Below are positions 1 through 9,531 of a stretch of 64,000 nt of DNA, in pieces (the first letter of the stretch is position 1; each line of letters opens with the position of its first letter). Both the position numbers and the translations under genes were made by a program. Source of the stretch: an uncultured virus (IMG/VR IMGVR_UViG_3300002161_000007). Lineage: Duplodnaviria; Heunggongvirae; Uroviricota; Caudoviricetes. The DNA is taken from the IMG/VR virus record IMGVR_UViG_3300002161_000007, positions 1-64,000 of that record. One strand, 5' to 3'. Under the pieces are notes generated by a model, which was not told where the DNA came from, searched no databases, and saw only the letters and a list, made by a program, of their open reading frames with translations.

Positions 1-36
1 TGTTATGGGGCCTGTTGACGCAGGAACGGTTACCTG

Positions 37-267
37 ATGTATTACCAAATTCAAATTCGTAGAGGTACTGCTTCTGAGTGGACTGCAACTAACCCTATTC
101 TTGCGGCTGGTGAATTAGCCGTTGAATCTGACACAAATAAAATGAAAGTTGGAAATGGTTCTACGGCATGGGCTTCTTTGGCTTATGCCACTGCAACCCC
201 TACTGAAGTAAACAGTAAAGCATCTACAGGTAAAGCCATTGCTATGGCTATAGTTTTTGGAGGATAG
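37..267 (+). CDS. Small tail-fibre-associated protein (Mtd/hyaluronidase N-terminal-like domain)
   Basis: QIQIRRGTASEW..NPILAAGE..ESDT.KMKVGNG..AW..L.Y motif; paralog at 3164. Confidence 0.7.
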   Translation: MYYQIQIRRGTASEWTATNPILAAGELAVESDTNKMKVGNGSTAWASLAYATATPTEVNSKASTGKAIAMAIVFGG

Positions 268-270
268 TTT

Positions 271-624
271 ATGGCGGCACCTAATATTGTTAACGTAACA
301 ACCATCATTGGTAAGACCGCAGTACAACAGGTGACTACCTCTGCTACCGCTATTGTGACTAATTCTGCCGCTTCGGGCAAAGTGTTTAAAGTCAATGCTT
401 TGTATATAGCCAACGTTGATGGTGCGGCGGCGGCTGAAATTTCTGTTGCCCTTCATCGTTCTTCTGTTTCCTATGAGATTGCCCACACTGTCTCAGTCCC
501 AGCAGATGCAACACTTGATGTTATTAGTAAATCTATTTATTTAGAAGAAGGCGATGAACTGCGCCTTACCGCAAGTGCTAACTCTGACCTTGAAGCAGTA
601 TGTAGTTACGAGGAAATTAGTTAA
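271..624 (+). CDS. Small virion structural protein of fibre cassette
   Basis: 117 aa beta-rich ORF with GGAGG RBS, coupled to the Gly-rich gene; positional counterpart at 3430. Confidence 0.55.
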   Translation: MAAPNIVNVTTIIGKTAVQQVTTSATAIVTNSAASGKVFKVNALYIANVDGAAAAEISVALHRSSVSYEIAHTVSVPADATLDVISKSIYLEEGDELRLTASANSDLEAVCSYEEIS

Positions 625-1553
625 TGCGCTCTAATGGAAGCATTATTGGTCCAAAAGGAACAGTAAATCCCTCCTCTGCATCTGGTATTTGGGCTATCCG
701 TGATGCTCAACGTGAACGTGGGGCTATTAATTGGCCTAGTTTAACTACACCCACTGTTGAATATCTTGTTATTGCTGGTGGTGGTGGAGGAGCAGGAGCC
801 GAAGGTAATGGTGGAGCCGCAGGTGGCGGTGGTGGAGCGGGTGGATATAGAACTGCGTCTGGTTTTGCTGTTTCTGCTGGTGTCCCAATAACCGTTACTG
901 TTGGTGGTGGAGGTTCTGTTACTTCAAAAGGTAATGGTGGTGCTGGAGGAAACTCTGCTTTCAGCACCATAACAAGTACTGGTGGAGGAGGCGGTGCTTA
1001 CGGAAACAATAATACTGGTCAGGGTGGTTCAGGTGGCGGTGGCGGTGGTGGCGGTGCTTCTGTTGCTGGTACTGGAACGGCTGGTCAAGGAAATAACGGT
1101 GGTAGCGGTCAATACTACGCAATTGGACAAGGCAGATGGATTGGCGCAGGTGGCGGTGGCGCAGGTGCTGTAGGAGGTAATTCATCAAGTGGTGGAGCAG
1201 GTAGTGGCGGTGCAGGTGTTGCATCATCAATTACTGGAACTTCTGTAACTCGTGCTGGTGGTGGAGGAGGAAACGGAATTGAACCATTGGTTCAATGGTT
1301 TGGTTCTGGTGGAGGTTCTGGTGGAGGTGGAGCAGGTGGTGTTTCTGGCTCTGCTGGAACTGCTAATACTGGTGGTGGTGGAGGTGCATCTCAACCTGCT
1401 GGTGCTGCTGGCGGTTCAGGAGTAGTGATTATTGCTTACCCATCAACATTTTCAACCGCAACTGCTACAACAGGTTCACCAACATACAGTTCGGTGTCTC
1501 GTTCAGGCTATCATGTATACACGTTTACTGCGTCTGGCAGTATTACTTTCTAG
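624..1553 (+). CDS. Glycine-rich fibre/receptor-binding protein
   Basis: VEYLVIAGGGGG...GGSGVVIIAYP...YTFTASGSITF architecture. Confidence 0.75.
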   Translation: MRSNGSIIGPKGTVNPSSASGIWAIRDAQRERGAINWPSLTTPTVEYLVIAGGGGGAGAEGNGGAAGGGGGAGGYRTASGFAVSAGVPITVTVGGGGSVTSKGNGGAGGNSAFSTITSTGGGGGAYGNNNTGQGGSGGGGGGGGASVAGTGTAGQGNNGGSGQYYAIGQGRWIGAGGGGAGAVGGNSSSGGAGSGGAGVASSITGTSVTRAGGGGGNGIEPLVQWFGSGGGSGGGGAGGVSGSAGTANTGGGGGASQPAGAAGGSGVVIIAYPSTFSTATATTGSPTYSSVSRSGYHVYTFTASGSITF

Positions 1554-1564
1554 GAGAAACTTAA

Positions 1565-1930
1565 ATGGCACATTTTGCAGAACTTGGTGAAGACAACATC
1601 GTATTGCGAGTAATCGTAGTATCTAACGATGATTGTAAGGACTCAGAGGGCAACGAATCAGAAGCCGTAGGCGCTGAATTCTGTCGCAACCTTCTTGGTG
1701 GAACATGGAAGCAGACCTCATACAACGGCAACATGCGTGCTCGTTACGCAGGTATTGGTTACACCTACCGATCAGATTTGGATGCTTACATCGCCCCAAA
1801 GCCTTACCCATCATGGTCACTTAACGAAGAAACCACTGAATGGGAAGCACCAGTTGCTCGCCCAACAGAAGGTTTCTACACCTGGGATGAAGCAAACCAA
1901 GAATGGGATGAAGTAACACTTCCTGCGTAA
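1565..1930 (+). CDS. Fibre-associated small protein (MAHFA-type)
   Basis: MAHFAEL...WKQTSYN..R..YAGIGYTY...PKPYPSW.L.E.T.WEAPV; this type typically follows Gly-rich fibre genes; AGGAG RBS. Confidence 0.65.
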   Translation: MAHFAELGEDNIVLRVIVVSNDDCKDSEGNESEAVGAEFCRNLLGGTWKQTSYNGNMRARYAGIGYTYRSDLDAYIAPKPYPSWSLNEETTEWEAPVARPTEGFYTWDEANQEWDEVTLPA

Positions 1931-3141
1931 TGGACCCACTTGATTTTGAACTTCAATTCGCAGAAAACAAAACCAAGTACAACCTTGGTGCTGTAACTGA
2001 CGGTTCAATTACCACGGCAAAACTAGCCGATGGTGCGGTAACGTCTGCAAAGATTGCGGCTGGTGCTGGTGGTATTACTGTTTGCACTAGTACTACTCGC
2101 CCTGCAACCCCTAATACAGGGCAAAGTATTTACGAAACAGATACTAACCTACTGAGAATATACACGGGTACAAACTGGTCAAATGGCGTTATTTTTAATA
2201 ATTCTATTACTACTGAGTACTTCATTGCTGCTGGTGGCGGTGGTGCTGGAACGTCACTAACTGGTGGCGCTGGTGGCGGTGGTGCTATGTACGTAAGTTC
2301 TAGTTCACTAGTTTACGGAAACACTTACACAGTTACAGTTGGTGCTGGTGGTGCTGGAACAATAAGCAGTGGTCAAGGTACTGATACTGGTGGAAGTATT
2401 GGGGCTTCTTCTTCTTTTGCAGGTGCTACTTGTAAAGGTGGTGGAGCAGGTTGGAACAGAAGTGCATCATCTTATTTTAATAATGCTAATGCTACTGGTG
2501 GTGCTAACGGTGCAGGTGGTTCTTCAGACGGTGTAAGGACAGCAGGACAAACTGGAACGATAGACACAATCCCAGCAGGTGCCACAGGAACTGCCTACGG
2601 TGGAAGAACTGGTGGTAATGGTATTGGTGCCGATGGTCTTAACTATGCTGGTGGTGGAGGCGCTGGAGCAGGAGCAAACGGAGCCACAGTCGTGTCAGGG
2701 TCTACTCCAGGAAATGGTGGCGCTGGTGTTATTAACCCTATTGATGGTTTTTACTACGGTGGCGGTGGTGGTGGCTCTGGTTATACAGGAGCAATGCCTG
2801 GTGGTAACGGTGGTTTAGGCGGTGGCGGTGGCGGTGCAAAAGCAACTACAAGTCCTGGAGCAGGTGGTACTGGGGGACGTAACGTAGGTGCTGCTGGTAC
2901 TGGTGGTACAAACAGTGATACTAACTATCCTGGTGGCGCTGGTGGCGCAAACACTGGTGGAGGTGGTGGTGGTGGAGGCCACTCTACTGGTAACGGTGGA
3001 GCAGGTGGTTCAGGAGCAGTTGTGATTAGAACCTCATCAACATACCCAACTGCTTTAACTACAGGAAGTGGTGTAACAATGACTAACGCAAACGGTTATA
3101 AAACGTACGTCTTCTTGTCAACTGGTTCAATCACTTGGTAA
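1930..3141 (+). CDS. Glycine-rich fibre protein with N-terminal ITTAKLADGAVT repeats
   Basis: Same Gly-rich domain, ending GSITW; GSITTAKLADGAVTSAKIA fibre repeat. Confidence 0.75.
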   Translation: MDPLDFELQFAENKTKYNLGAVTDGSITTAKLADGAVTSAKIAAGAGGITVCTSTTRPATPNTGQSIYETDTNLLRIYTGTNWSNGVIFNNSITTEYFIAAGGGGAGTSLTGGAGGGGAMYVSSSSLVYGNTYTVTVGAGGAGTISSGQGTDTGGSIGASSSFAGATCKGGGAGWNRSASSYFNNANATGGANGAGGSSDGVRTAGQTGTIDTIPAGATGTAYGGRTGGNGIGADGLNYAGGGGAGAGANGATVVSGSTPGNGGAGVINPIDGFYYGGGGGGSGYTGAMPGGNGGLGGGGGGAKATTSPGAGGTGGRNVGAAGTGGTNSDTNYPGGAGGANTGGGGGGGGHSTGNGGAGGSGAVVIRTSSTYPTALTTGSGVTMTNANGYKTYVFLSTGSITW

Positions 3142-3163
3142 CTCTAAGGTAAACTAGTACCCT

Positions 3164-3421
3164 ATGGCTGTACAGATTCAATTTCGCCGTGGTACTGCAT
3201 CCGCATGGACTAGTGCCAACCCAACACTTGCTGAAGGTGAAATGGGTATTGAAACAGATACCGACCAGTTTAAGATCGGTGATGGTCTAACCGCATGGAC
3301 TAGTCTTGCTTATGGCGGTATTGCTGGGGCGGCTGGTGCTAACGGAACCAACGGTACTAACGGTACCAATGCGGTCTATGATACTGACCAAGCGGTCATC
3401 AGTTCTCAAGTTTTTAGTTAG
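3164..3421 (+). CDS. Small Mtd-N-like fibre protein with short collagen-like GxN repeats
   Basis: QIQFRRGTASAW..NPTLAEGE.GIETDT; GANGTNGTNGTN. Confidence 0.7.
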   Translation: MAVQIQFRRGTASAWTSANPTLAEGEMGIETDTDQFKIGDGLTAWTSLAYGGIAGAAGANGTNGTNGTNAVYDTDQAVISSQVFS

Positions 3422-3429
3422 GAGCAATA

Positions 3430-3801
3430 ATGGCAACATTTACTAAGTTAGCGCTACAACCAGCAGGTACAACGGGAACTGGTTTGGGCATCCTTGTAGC
3501 CGCAACCGCAACTGCTGGTACAGCAATACACACAGCGTCGTCAACTGCTACCACGATTGATGAGATCTGGTTGTACGCAGTTAATACTCACACATCGGAC
3601 ATTAAGTTGACGATTGAGTGGGGCGAAGCAACTGAACCAAACGGAAACATTGAATACACGGTTAAGGCTGAGAACGGTCTTTACCTAATTGTTCCAGGTC
3701 TTTTGTTGCAGGGTAACGCAACCGCTAAGGTCGTTCGTGCTTTTGCTGGAACAGCAAACGAAATTGTGATTCACGGGTACGTTAACCGCATCACAGCGTA
3801 A
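3430..3801 (+). CDS. Small virion structural protein of fibre cassette
   Basis: 123 aa, AGGAG RBS, same cassette position as 271..624. Confidence 0.55.
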   Translation: MATFTKLALQPAGTTGTGLGILVAATATAGTAIHTASSTATTIDEIWLYAVNTHTSDIKLTIEWGEATEPNGNIEYTVKAENGLYLIVPGLLLQGNATAKVVRAFAGTANEIVIHGYVNRITA

Positions 3802-3810
3802 GGGGTCTTT

Positions 3811-4740
3811 GTGCCTTCTATTTTAAAAAGCACATCTGGTGGTAAAGCCATTAGTGGTGGGTCATTGGCTCCACGTAGTAGCCGTGGTAACACGGCTCAG
3901 GTTGCTGCTTACTGGTCTGGTGGTGGTCCAAATCCTCCATCTAGCGTTGAATACCTTGTTGTTGGCGGTGGCGGTGGAGGCGGCGGCACAGACGGTGGTG
4001 GTGGAGGTGGTGCGGGCGGTTATCGCACTTCAGCATCTTTTGCTGTTTCTGCTGGTGTTGCACTAACTGTCACTGTTGGCGGTGGCGGCGGTGGTTCTTC
4101 AGGCTCACTTGGAAACGGTGGAAGTGGAACTGCGTCTGTATTTTCATCTATTTCATCTGCTGGTGGCGGTGGCGGTGGAACTATTGCTGGTGGTTCAGGT
4201 GGAGGTGGTCATGGTAATGGTTCAAACGGTGGTGCAGGTAACACACCATCAGTAAGTCCGTCACAAGGTAACAATGGTGGTTCTGGAGCGGGTGTAATCA
4301 ATGGGCGTTCACGGGCTGGCGGTGGCGGTGGCGGTGCTGGAGCAGTTGGTCAAAACAACCAAGGTGAAAACGGTGGTGCTGGTGGTAATGGTAGTTCGTC
4401 ATCCATAGACGGAACCGCTACATTCCGAGGCGGCGGAGGCGGAGCAGGAAACTTCTTAGAGTTTGGTAGTGGCGGTGCTGGAGGCGCAGGTGGCGGTGGT
4501 TCAGGAGCATGGACACCAACAGCAGGTTCGTCAAACACGGGCGGTGGCGGTGGCGGTGGCTCCCGATATTTGCATTTGACAACAAATGGTCAATCGGGCG
4601 GAAGTGGTGTGGTCATTGTTGCCTATCCATTAGATTTTGATGCTGCTGTTGCAACTACTGGTTCTCCAACAATCAATACAACATCTCGTTCTGGATATCG
4701 TGTTTATACTTGGACTGGTTCGGGGAGTATTACTTTTTAA
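3811..4740 (+). CDS. Glycine-rich fibre/receptor-binding protein
   Basis: Clear paralog of 624..1553 (both 309 aa); GTG start. Confidence 0.75.
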   Translation: MPSILKSTSGGKAISGGSLAPRSSRGNTAQVAAYWSGGGPNPPSSVEYLVVGGGGGGGGTDGGGGGGAGGYRTSASFAVSAGVALTVTVGGGGGGSSGSLGNGGSGTASVFSSISSAGGGGGGTIAGGSGGGGHGNGSNGGAGNTPSVSPSQGNNGGSGAGVINGRSRAGGGGGGAGAVGQNNQGENGGAGGNGSSSSIDGTATFRGGGGGAGNFLEFGSGGAGGAGGGGSGAWTPTAGSSNTGGGGGGGSRYLHLTTNGQSGGSGVVIVAYPLDFDAAVATTGSPTINTTSRSGYRVYTWTGSGSITF

Positions 4741-5309
4741 TGGCACATTTTGCACAAATTACTGATGGTGTTGTAACTAATAACCCACTATTCATAAACA
4801 ATTTACTCGGTGATACCCATTTCAAAGTTGTTAAAGACATTGTTCTAGGCAATAACTTTGATTGGTATTTTCATGATTCAGGTCATTTAGAAAATGAACC
4901 AAACAAAAAGTATCCAATAGAGTTACATGGTTTTACTCATATTGCCTATTCAATAGATAGTCAATCAAACTATTTATCTTTGTTTCAGCCAATTGTTTAT
5001 GGAATGGTTGACGCACTTGGTTTAACCAGTTATCAACTAATTAGATTAAAACTTAATTTAACTTTGAATGTAGGCAAACAGGTTGAACCGCAAATACATA
5101 CAGATATGAATAATGGTTTTACTGGTCTTTATTATTTTAACGACTCTGACGGTGATACATTATTCTACGAAAACAAAAACATCATCCATAGGCAAACACC
5201 AAAAGAAAACTGTTTAGTTGTTTTTAATTCGGATGTCCCCCATTCTGCCCAATTGCCTTTAATTTCTACAAAACGCTGTGTATTGAATATAAATATTACT
5301 GGCATATAA
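4740..5309 (+). CDS. 2OG-Fe(II) oxygenase-like protein with MAHFA-type N-terminus
   Basis: HTD...YYFNDSDGDT.FY...PKEN..VVF....HSA......R.VLNIN motif set; ATG at 4740 overlaps the upstream TAA; visibly AT-rich. Confidence 0.75.
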   Translation: MAHFAQITDGVVTNNPLFINNLLGDTHFKVVKDIVLGNNFDWYFHDSGHLENEPNKKYPIELHGFTHIAYSIDSQSNYLSLFQPIVYGMVDALGLTSYQLIRLKLNLTLNVGKQVEPQIHTDMNNGFTGLYYFNDSDGDTLFYENKNIIHRQTPKENCLVVFNSDVPHSAQLPLISTKRCVLNINITGI

Positions 5310-5362
5310 AAGGCGTTACAGTCGCTGGGTAACCTTTGTGCCAGTAGCAATACTGGCATTAT
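5309..5362 (+). terminator. Tandem hairpins after the oxygenase gene, possible terminator
   Basis: AAAGG-C-GTTAC/GTAAC-CTTT stem, then TGCCAGTA-GCAA-TACTGGCA (5339-5358, GNRA loop) and TTAT. Confidence 0.5.
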
Positions 5363-5405
5363 GGTGTAAAATGGTGCCAAGACAACGCTGTATTTAACAG
5401 GAAAG

Positions 5406-6188
5406 ATGGTGGAAATCATGGGCAAACTTGCATGGGATTACATTGTTCCAGTAGTTCTTCCAAAAGACCTTAAAGGTATTGAGCCAGGAAAACTCCCTGC
5501 CAACCTTCTCAAAGCAGTTCCTGGTGGCGGAAAGATGCATTGGATCGCCGCATGCGCATGGACAGCAATGGTTGAAAAAGCCAAGGCTGAAGGCGTTGAA
5601 TTAAAACCGACTTCCAGCGGCGACACATACAGAGATTACGAAAGCCAAAAAAAGGGATTTCTTACTCGCTACACACTTGACAAAGTGGATGGAACCAGCA
5701 CCAAAACCTTTGAAGGTAAGACTTGGTATCTCAAGAAGGGTATGGCGATGTTGGCTACACCTGGTAAATCACAGCATAACCTCGGCTTGGCGGTTGACGT
5801 TCATTCAGCATCAGAGCCAAAGCGTCTCAACTGGCTTATTGCAAACGTTAAAGAGTTTGGTTTTTCATGGGAAGTTGTTCCAAGCGAACCATGGCACTTG
5901 CGTTATGTCTGCGGAGACAATATCCCTGCATCGGTTAAAGCATGGATGGACGCTAACGGCGTAGTTGCCCCAGTAGGTAATGCCCCAGCCGCCGCTCCTG
6001 CCGCAGGCGGAGACGACATCAAGAAACTACAAGAAGCGCTCAAGGCAAAAGGTTTCTACAATGGTGAAATTAACGGTCAAAAAGACTCAGCAACCGACGA
6101 GGCAATCAAGGCTTTTAAAATTGCCAATGGTCTAAAGCCTGACTTCTTCCCTGGTCCAAAAGTAAAAGAACTTTTAGGACTAAAATAA
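5406..6188 (+). CDS. Endolysin: M15 (VanY-like) Zn peptidase plus C-terminal peptidoglycan-binding domain
   Basis: SQHNLGLAVD and EPWH motifs; IKKLQEAL..GFY.G.I.G..D.AT..AIKAF PG_binding_1-like tail; alternative start 5418. Confidence 0.88.
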   Translation: MVEIMGKLAWDYIVPVVLPKDLKGIEPGKLPANLLKAVPGGGKMHWIAACAWTAMVEKAKAEGVELKPTSSGDTYRDYESQKKGFLTRYTLDKVDGTSTKTFEGKTWYLKKGMAMLATPGKSQHNLGLAVDVHSASEPKRLNWLIANVKEFGFSWEVVPSEPWHLRYVCGDNIPASVKAWMDANGVVAPVGNAPAAAPAAGGDDIKKLQEALKAKGFYNGEINGQKDSATDEAIKAFKIANGLKPDFFPGPKVKELLGLK

Positions 6189-6192
6189 ATAA

Positions 6193-6690
6193 ATGGCACC
6201 ACGCCCCAGAGGTTTAAGCGGATCAGGTAGGCAGCGAATTAACGCTGCACTGACTCTGTACTCAGGTACTGCCAACATTGAAAACGAACGCAAGCGCATG
6301 CGTGAGGACAACTTGGCTCGCTCTGAAGCCAATCAGATGGTGGAGATTCCATGGGTTCCTGGAAACAACCACGCCACTAACGAAAGCAGTCGTGTTAGCG
6401 GATACAAGTTTGTAACCTACAACACAGAAGATCTGTCAGACGAAGATCGCAGAACCACAGGTGCTGGATCCATTATGGCTGGTCAGCGTTACGGTACCTT
6501 ATTTGTACGCTTCTGGAAGTACAAAGACAGTGGTGGAACACCATGGAAGTACATGAACGTTCCACAGCAGGTTTATGAATCATTTGCGGCGTCTCCATCA
6601 AAAGGGCAGTATATTAATTCCGTTCTCAACAAGTTTCCATACAGCAGGGCTACAAGTGATGAAATTTCCACGTATTTTACGGATATTTAG
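6193..6690 (+). CDS. KTSC-domain protein
   Basis: L.VRF......W.Y.NVP..VY..F...PSKG.YIN motif. Confidence 0.7.
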   Translation: MAPRPRGLSGSGRQRINAALTLYSGTANIENERKRMREDNLARSEANQMVEIPWVPGNNHATNESSRVSGYKFVTYNTEDLSDEDRRTTGAGSIMAGQRYGTLFVRFWKYKDSGGTPWKYMNVPQQVYESFAASPSKGQYINSVLNKFPYSRATSDEISTYFTDI

Positions 6691-6958
6691 TTTAAACAAA
6701 GTCCACAGTTTCTTCTCTATTTACTGGATCACTAGAGACTTTGTAGATTCAAGAACCCCTCGTATTTGCACAGGGTTTATGCATGAGACTGACCCTCCTT
6801 GGCGACACGGTAAAGGGATACAGATCCGTACTAAAAAACACACTGTACAAATAGGACGTTGTAAAAAGGTCAAGGTTTCTGATGAAACTGCGGGTATCTT
6901 AAAAGCAGTTGGTGGACGTGAGATGAATACCCCTGCTAGTGAGATTGGATTGTGGTGA
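6659..6958 (+). CDS. Hypothetical protein
   Basis: Open frame filling the gap, stop overlaps the next ATG; start uncertain. Confidence 0.55.
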   Translation: MKFPRILRIFSLNKVHSFFSIYWITRDFVDSRTPRICTGFMHETDPPWRHGKGIQIRTKKHTVQIGRCKKVKVSDETAGILKAVGGREMNTPASEIGLW

Positions 6959-7191
6959 TGGCATTCTTTAAGAAAGAAGAAAAGAAAGAAGAAACAATCA
7001 TTCCAAAACGGATCAAGAATCTTGACCGTTCTTCTTTACTTCAATGGTTTGATACCAGCATCATGAACCTTGGCGCATCATTTGATCGTTGGCGCTTTCA
7101 TGGCGGACCAGAAGCAGAAGTGACTGAGGCAATAGAAGCACTTTCTGCAATTTGGGCAGAGTTACAACAAAGGGTTGACGATCAGCGTTAG
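6958..7191 (+). CDS. Hypothetical protein
   Basis: Coupled ORF (TGATG). Confidence 0.6.
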   Translation: MAFFKKEEKKEETIIPKRIKNLDRSSLLQWFDTSIMNLGASFDRWRFHGGPEAEVTEAIEALSAIWAELQQRVDDQR

Positions 7192-7203
7192 TACTGATAC
7201 CAT
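7175..7203 (+). promoter_or_regulatory. SigA-like promoter giving a probable leaderless mRNA for the 7211 gene
   Basis: TTGACG-N17-TACCAT with TG extension; ATG 7 nt after the -10 box. Confidence 0.6.
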
Positions 7204-7210
7204 CGGATTT

Positions 7211-7501
7211 ATGTCAAACAACACAACAACCAAAGCACTAATCACCAACCTTGAAAACAGCGATAAGCGTCGCCTAACTAACGCCGTCCACGACCTGTTT
7301 CTTGTAACCGAGGGGTACTCCCCTAAGGTCTTTATCCCTTCTCCAAATGTGGACGTAGAAGAAGGAACCCTTGTGGACATCAAAACCCTCATCATGATTA
7401 TTGAAGATGCCGCCGCATTGATCTCAGAACTGCGCCCATCACGTGCATTTGCCCACAACGACAACCAACTTCAACTGAAGTTTGACAACACCGACTACTA
7501 A
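7211..7501 (+). CDS. Hypothetical protein
   Basis: ORF; start chosen from promoter geometry. Confidence 0.6.
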   Translation: MSNNTTTKALITNLENSDKRRLTNAVHDLFLVTEGYSPKVFIPSPNVDVEEGTLVDIKTLIMIIEDAAALISELRPSRAFAHNDNQLQLKFDNTDY

Positions 7502-7519
7502 TTAGTCTATGATTGGTCT

Positions 7520-9082
7520 GTGCTCACAGACGACGAACTAGACGAAAACCTCTTAGCGGAGGACATAGCCGAGGAACTGGACGAAACGTCCGCCGAATTC
7601 ATAGACGAATTGGTTAAACGCATTATTGTGTTTACCGAGGAGTTCTGTAATGTGGAATTGTTCCCGTATCAGATTCCTATTGCCTATCGCTTAATTGAAT
7701 CTGTCATCCTTGGTGACGGTGAAGAAATGACGGTAGTTGCCACACGCCAGTCAGGTAAATCGGAAGTGTTGTCTAACGTCATGGCATCACTTATGGTTAT
7801 CTTGCCTAAATTGGCAAGGGTATATCCAACATGGCTAGAAAAGTTTGAAAAGGGATTCTGGTGTGGTGTGTTCGCCCCAGTTGAAGACCAAGCAGATACT
7901 GTATTCAGTCGTATCGTTAGCAAACTAACAAGTGACCACGCAATTGAATTCCTCCTTGATCCAGAGATTGGTGACAAAGCAACATCAGGTGGTTCTCGTG
8001 GTAAGGGTCGCATTATCACCTTGAAGCATTCTGGTTCACTTTGCCGTATGCAGACCTGTAACCCAAAAGCAAAGATTGAATCAAAGACTTATCACTTCGT
8101 GCTCATTGACGAGGCTCAGGAAGCCGACGAGTACATGATTGCCAAATCAATTAAGCCGATGTTGGCGTTTAACAACGGAAGCATTTGCCTAACAGGAACG
8201 GCTACCCGTAACAAGTCTTATTTCTACAAGATGATCCAATACAACAAGCGACGCACCGTCAATGGTGGTCGTAAGTTCCGCCCATGTCACTTTGAGTATG
8301 ACTGGCGAGTCGCCGCCAAGTACAACCCTAACTATGCCAAGTTCATCGCTAAAGAGAAACTGCGTATTGGTGAAGATTCTGACGAGTTCAGAATGTCATA
8401 TGAAAACCACTGGGTGCTGGACAAAGGTATGTTTGTCACCGAAGAGCGCTTAGAGAGGCTCTACGACCCCTCTATGGCCCTTGTAAAGCAATGGTGGAGA
8501 ACACCCGTTGTGGTCGGTATTGACGTTGCCCGCTCTAATGACTCCACCGTAGTGACTGTTTGTTGGGTGGACTGGGATCACCCAGATCCATTCGGCTTCC
8601 ATGAGCACCGTGTCCTCAACTGGTTGGAAATCAACAACGAGGAATGGGAACAGCAGTACTTCCAGATTATTGACTTCTTGCGTAACTATGACCCTCTGAG
8701 AATTGGTATTGACTCTCAGGGTGTTGGTGGCGCTGTAGCCGAGCGTATGCAAATCCTTTTGCCCGATATTGAAGTTATTGCCGTGTCCTCAGACTCTAAG
8801 ACCCAACACGAAAGATGGGTACATCTTACCGAGTTGATTCAGAGAGAACAATTAATAATTCCAGGGCACTCAAAGGCTCGCCGTACTCGTGGATGGAAAC
8901 GCTTTAATCAGCAGATGAATGACCTTGAAAAGATCTACCGTGGTCCATATATGCTGGCGGCTGCTCCTGAGGAAAAAGGCGCTTTTGATGACTATCCAGA
9001 CTCTCTGGCTATTGCTTGCTCTATGACACTACACGATACTTTGCCTCAAATACAGGTGGCAGAAAATCCATTCTTTAAATGA
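7520..9082 (+). CDS. terL: Terminase large subunit
   Basis: LFPYQ Q-motif, Walker A ATRQSGKS, Walker B VLIDEAQ, RNase H-like VGIDVA and DDYPDSLA. Confidence 0.93.
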   Translation: MLTDDELDENLLAEDIAEELDETSAEFIDELVKRIIVFTEEFCNVELFPYQIPIAYRLIESVILGDGEEMTVVATRQSGKSEVLSNVMASLMVILPKLARVYPTWLEKFEKGFWCGVFAPVEDQADTVFSRIVSKLTSDHAIEFLLDPEIGDKATSGGSRGKGRIITLKHSGSLCRMQTCNPKAKIESKTYHFVLIDEAQEADEYMIAKSIKPMLAFNNGSICLTGTATRNKSYFYKMIQYNKRRTVNGGRKFRPCHFEYDWRVAAKYNPNYAKFIAKEKLRIGEDSDEFRMSYENHWVLDKGMFVTEERLERLYDPSMALVKQWWRTPVVVGIDVARSNDSTVVTVCWVDWDHPDPFGFHEHRVLNWLEINNEEWEQQYFQIIDFLRNYDPLRIGIDSQGVGGAVAERMQILLPDIEVIAVSSDSKTQHERWVHLTELIQREQLIIPGHSKARRTRGWKRFNQQMNDLEKIYRGPYMLAAAPEEKGAFDDYPDSLAIACSMTLHDTLPQIQVAENPFFK

Positions 9083-9127
9083 TGCTAATCTAGTAACAAG
9101 AATAAAACCCCTATTACGGAGGCTTAC

Positions 9128-9529
9128 GTGAACGTAGCACCAGCACCACAATTCCCAGAGCGCTCACCGAACGTTTTTGAGCGTTCAATGGCGCCAAGCA
9201 TTCCAGGTAACCGTGGACCGCTTCGCTTTGAAGAAGGTGTCGCTACTGACACCGACGTGCCAAACGACTTTGCTCGTGGCGCATACTTTGATCCGACATC
9301 GGCTCCAGGTCGTCAGAACCACAACAACCCTGAAATGTTTTACAAGTACCCAGAAGAGACAATGCGTGAGCGTGCTCACGTAGGTTCGGCTTCATGGATT
9401 GAAGCCCCAACGGTTTTGAGCGAATTCGTTCAAGGCTCAATGGCTGGCGATGGAATGCCATCGTTTGAATACGAGTACAACAGCGGCGGTCATATGAACC
9501 GCATGAACCCAACAGTCGTTAACGACTAG
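9128..9529 (+). CDS. Hypothetical protein
   Basis: GGAGG RBS, GTG start. Confidence 0.65.
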   Translation: MNVAPAPQFPERSPNVFERSMAPSIPGNRGPLRFEEGVATDTDVPNDFARGAYFDPTSAPGRQNHNNPEMFYKYPEETMRERAHVGSASWIEAPTVLSEFVQGSMAGDGMPSFEYEYNSGGHMNRMNPTVVND

Positions 9530-9531
9530 TT

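Noticed and set aside
37..3421. Diversity-generating retroelement suggested by Mtd-N-like domains
   Set aside because: No reverse transcriptase and no TR/VR pair differing only at adenines was seen
624..4740. GGT/GGC-rich repeats as a CRISPR array or tandem-repeat locus
   Set aside because: They are Gly codons within ORFs; there is no constant repeat-spacer period
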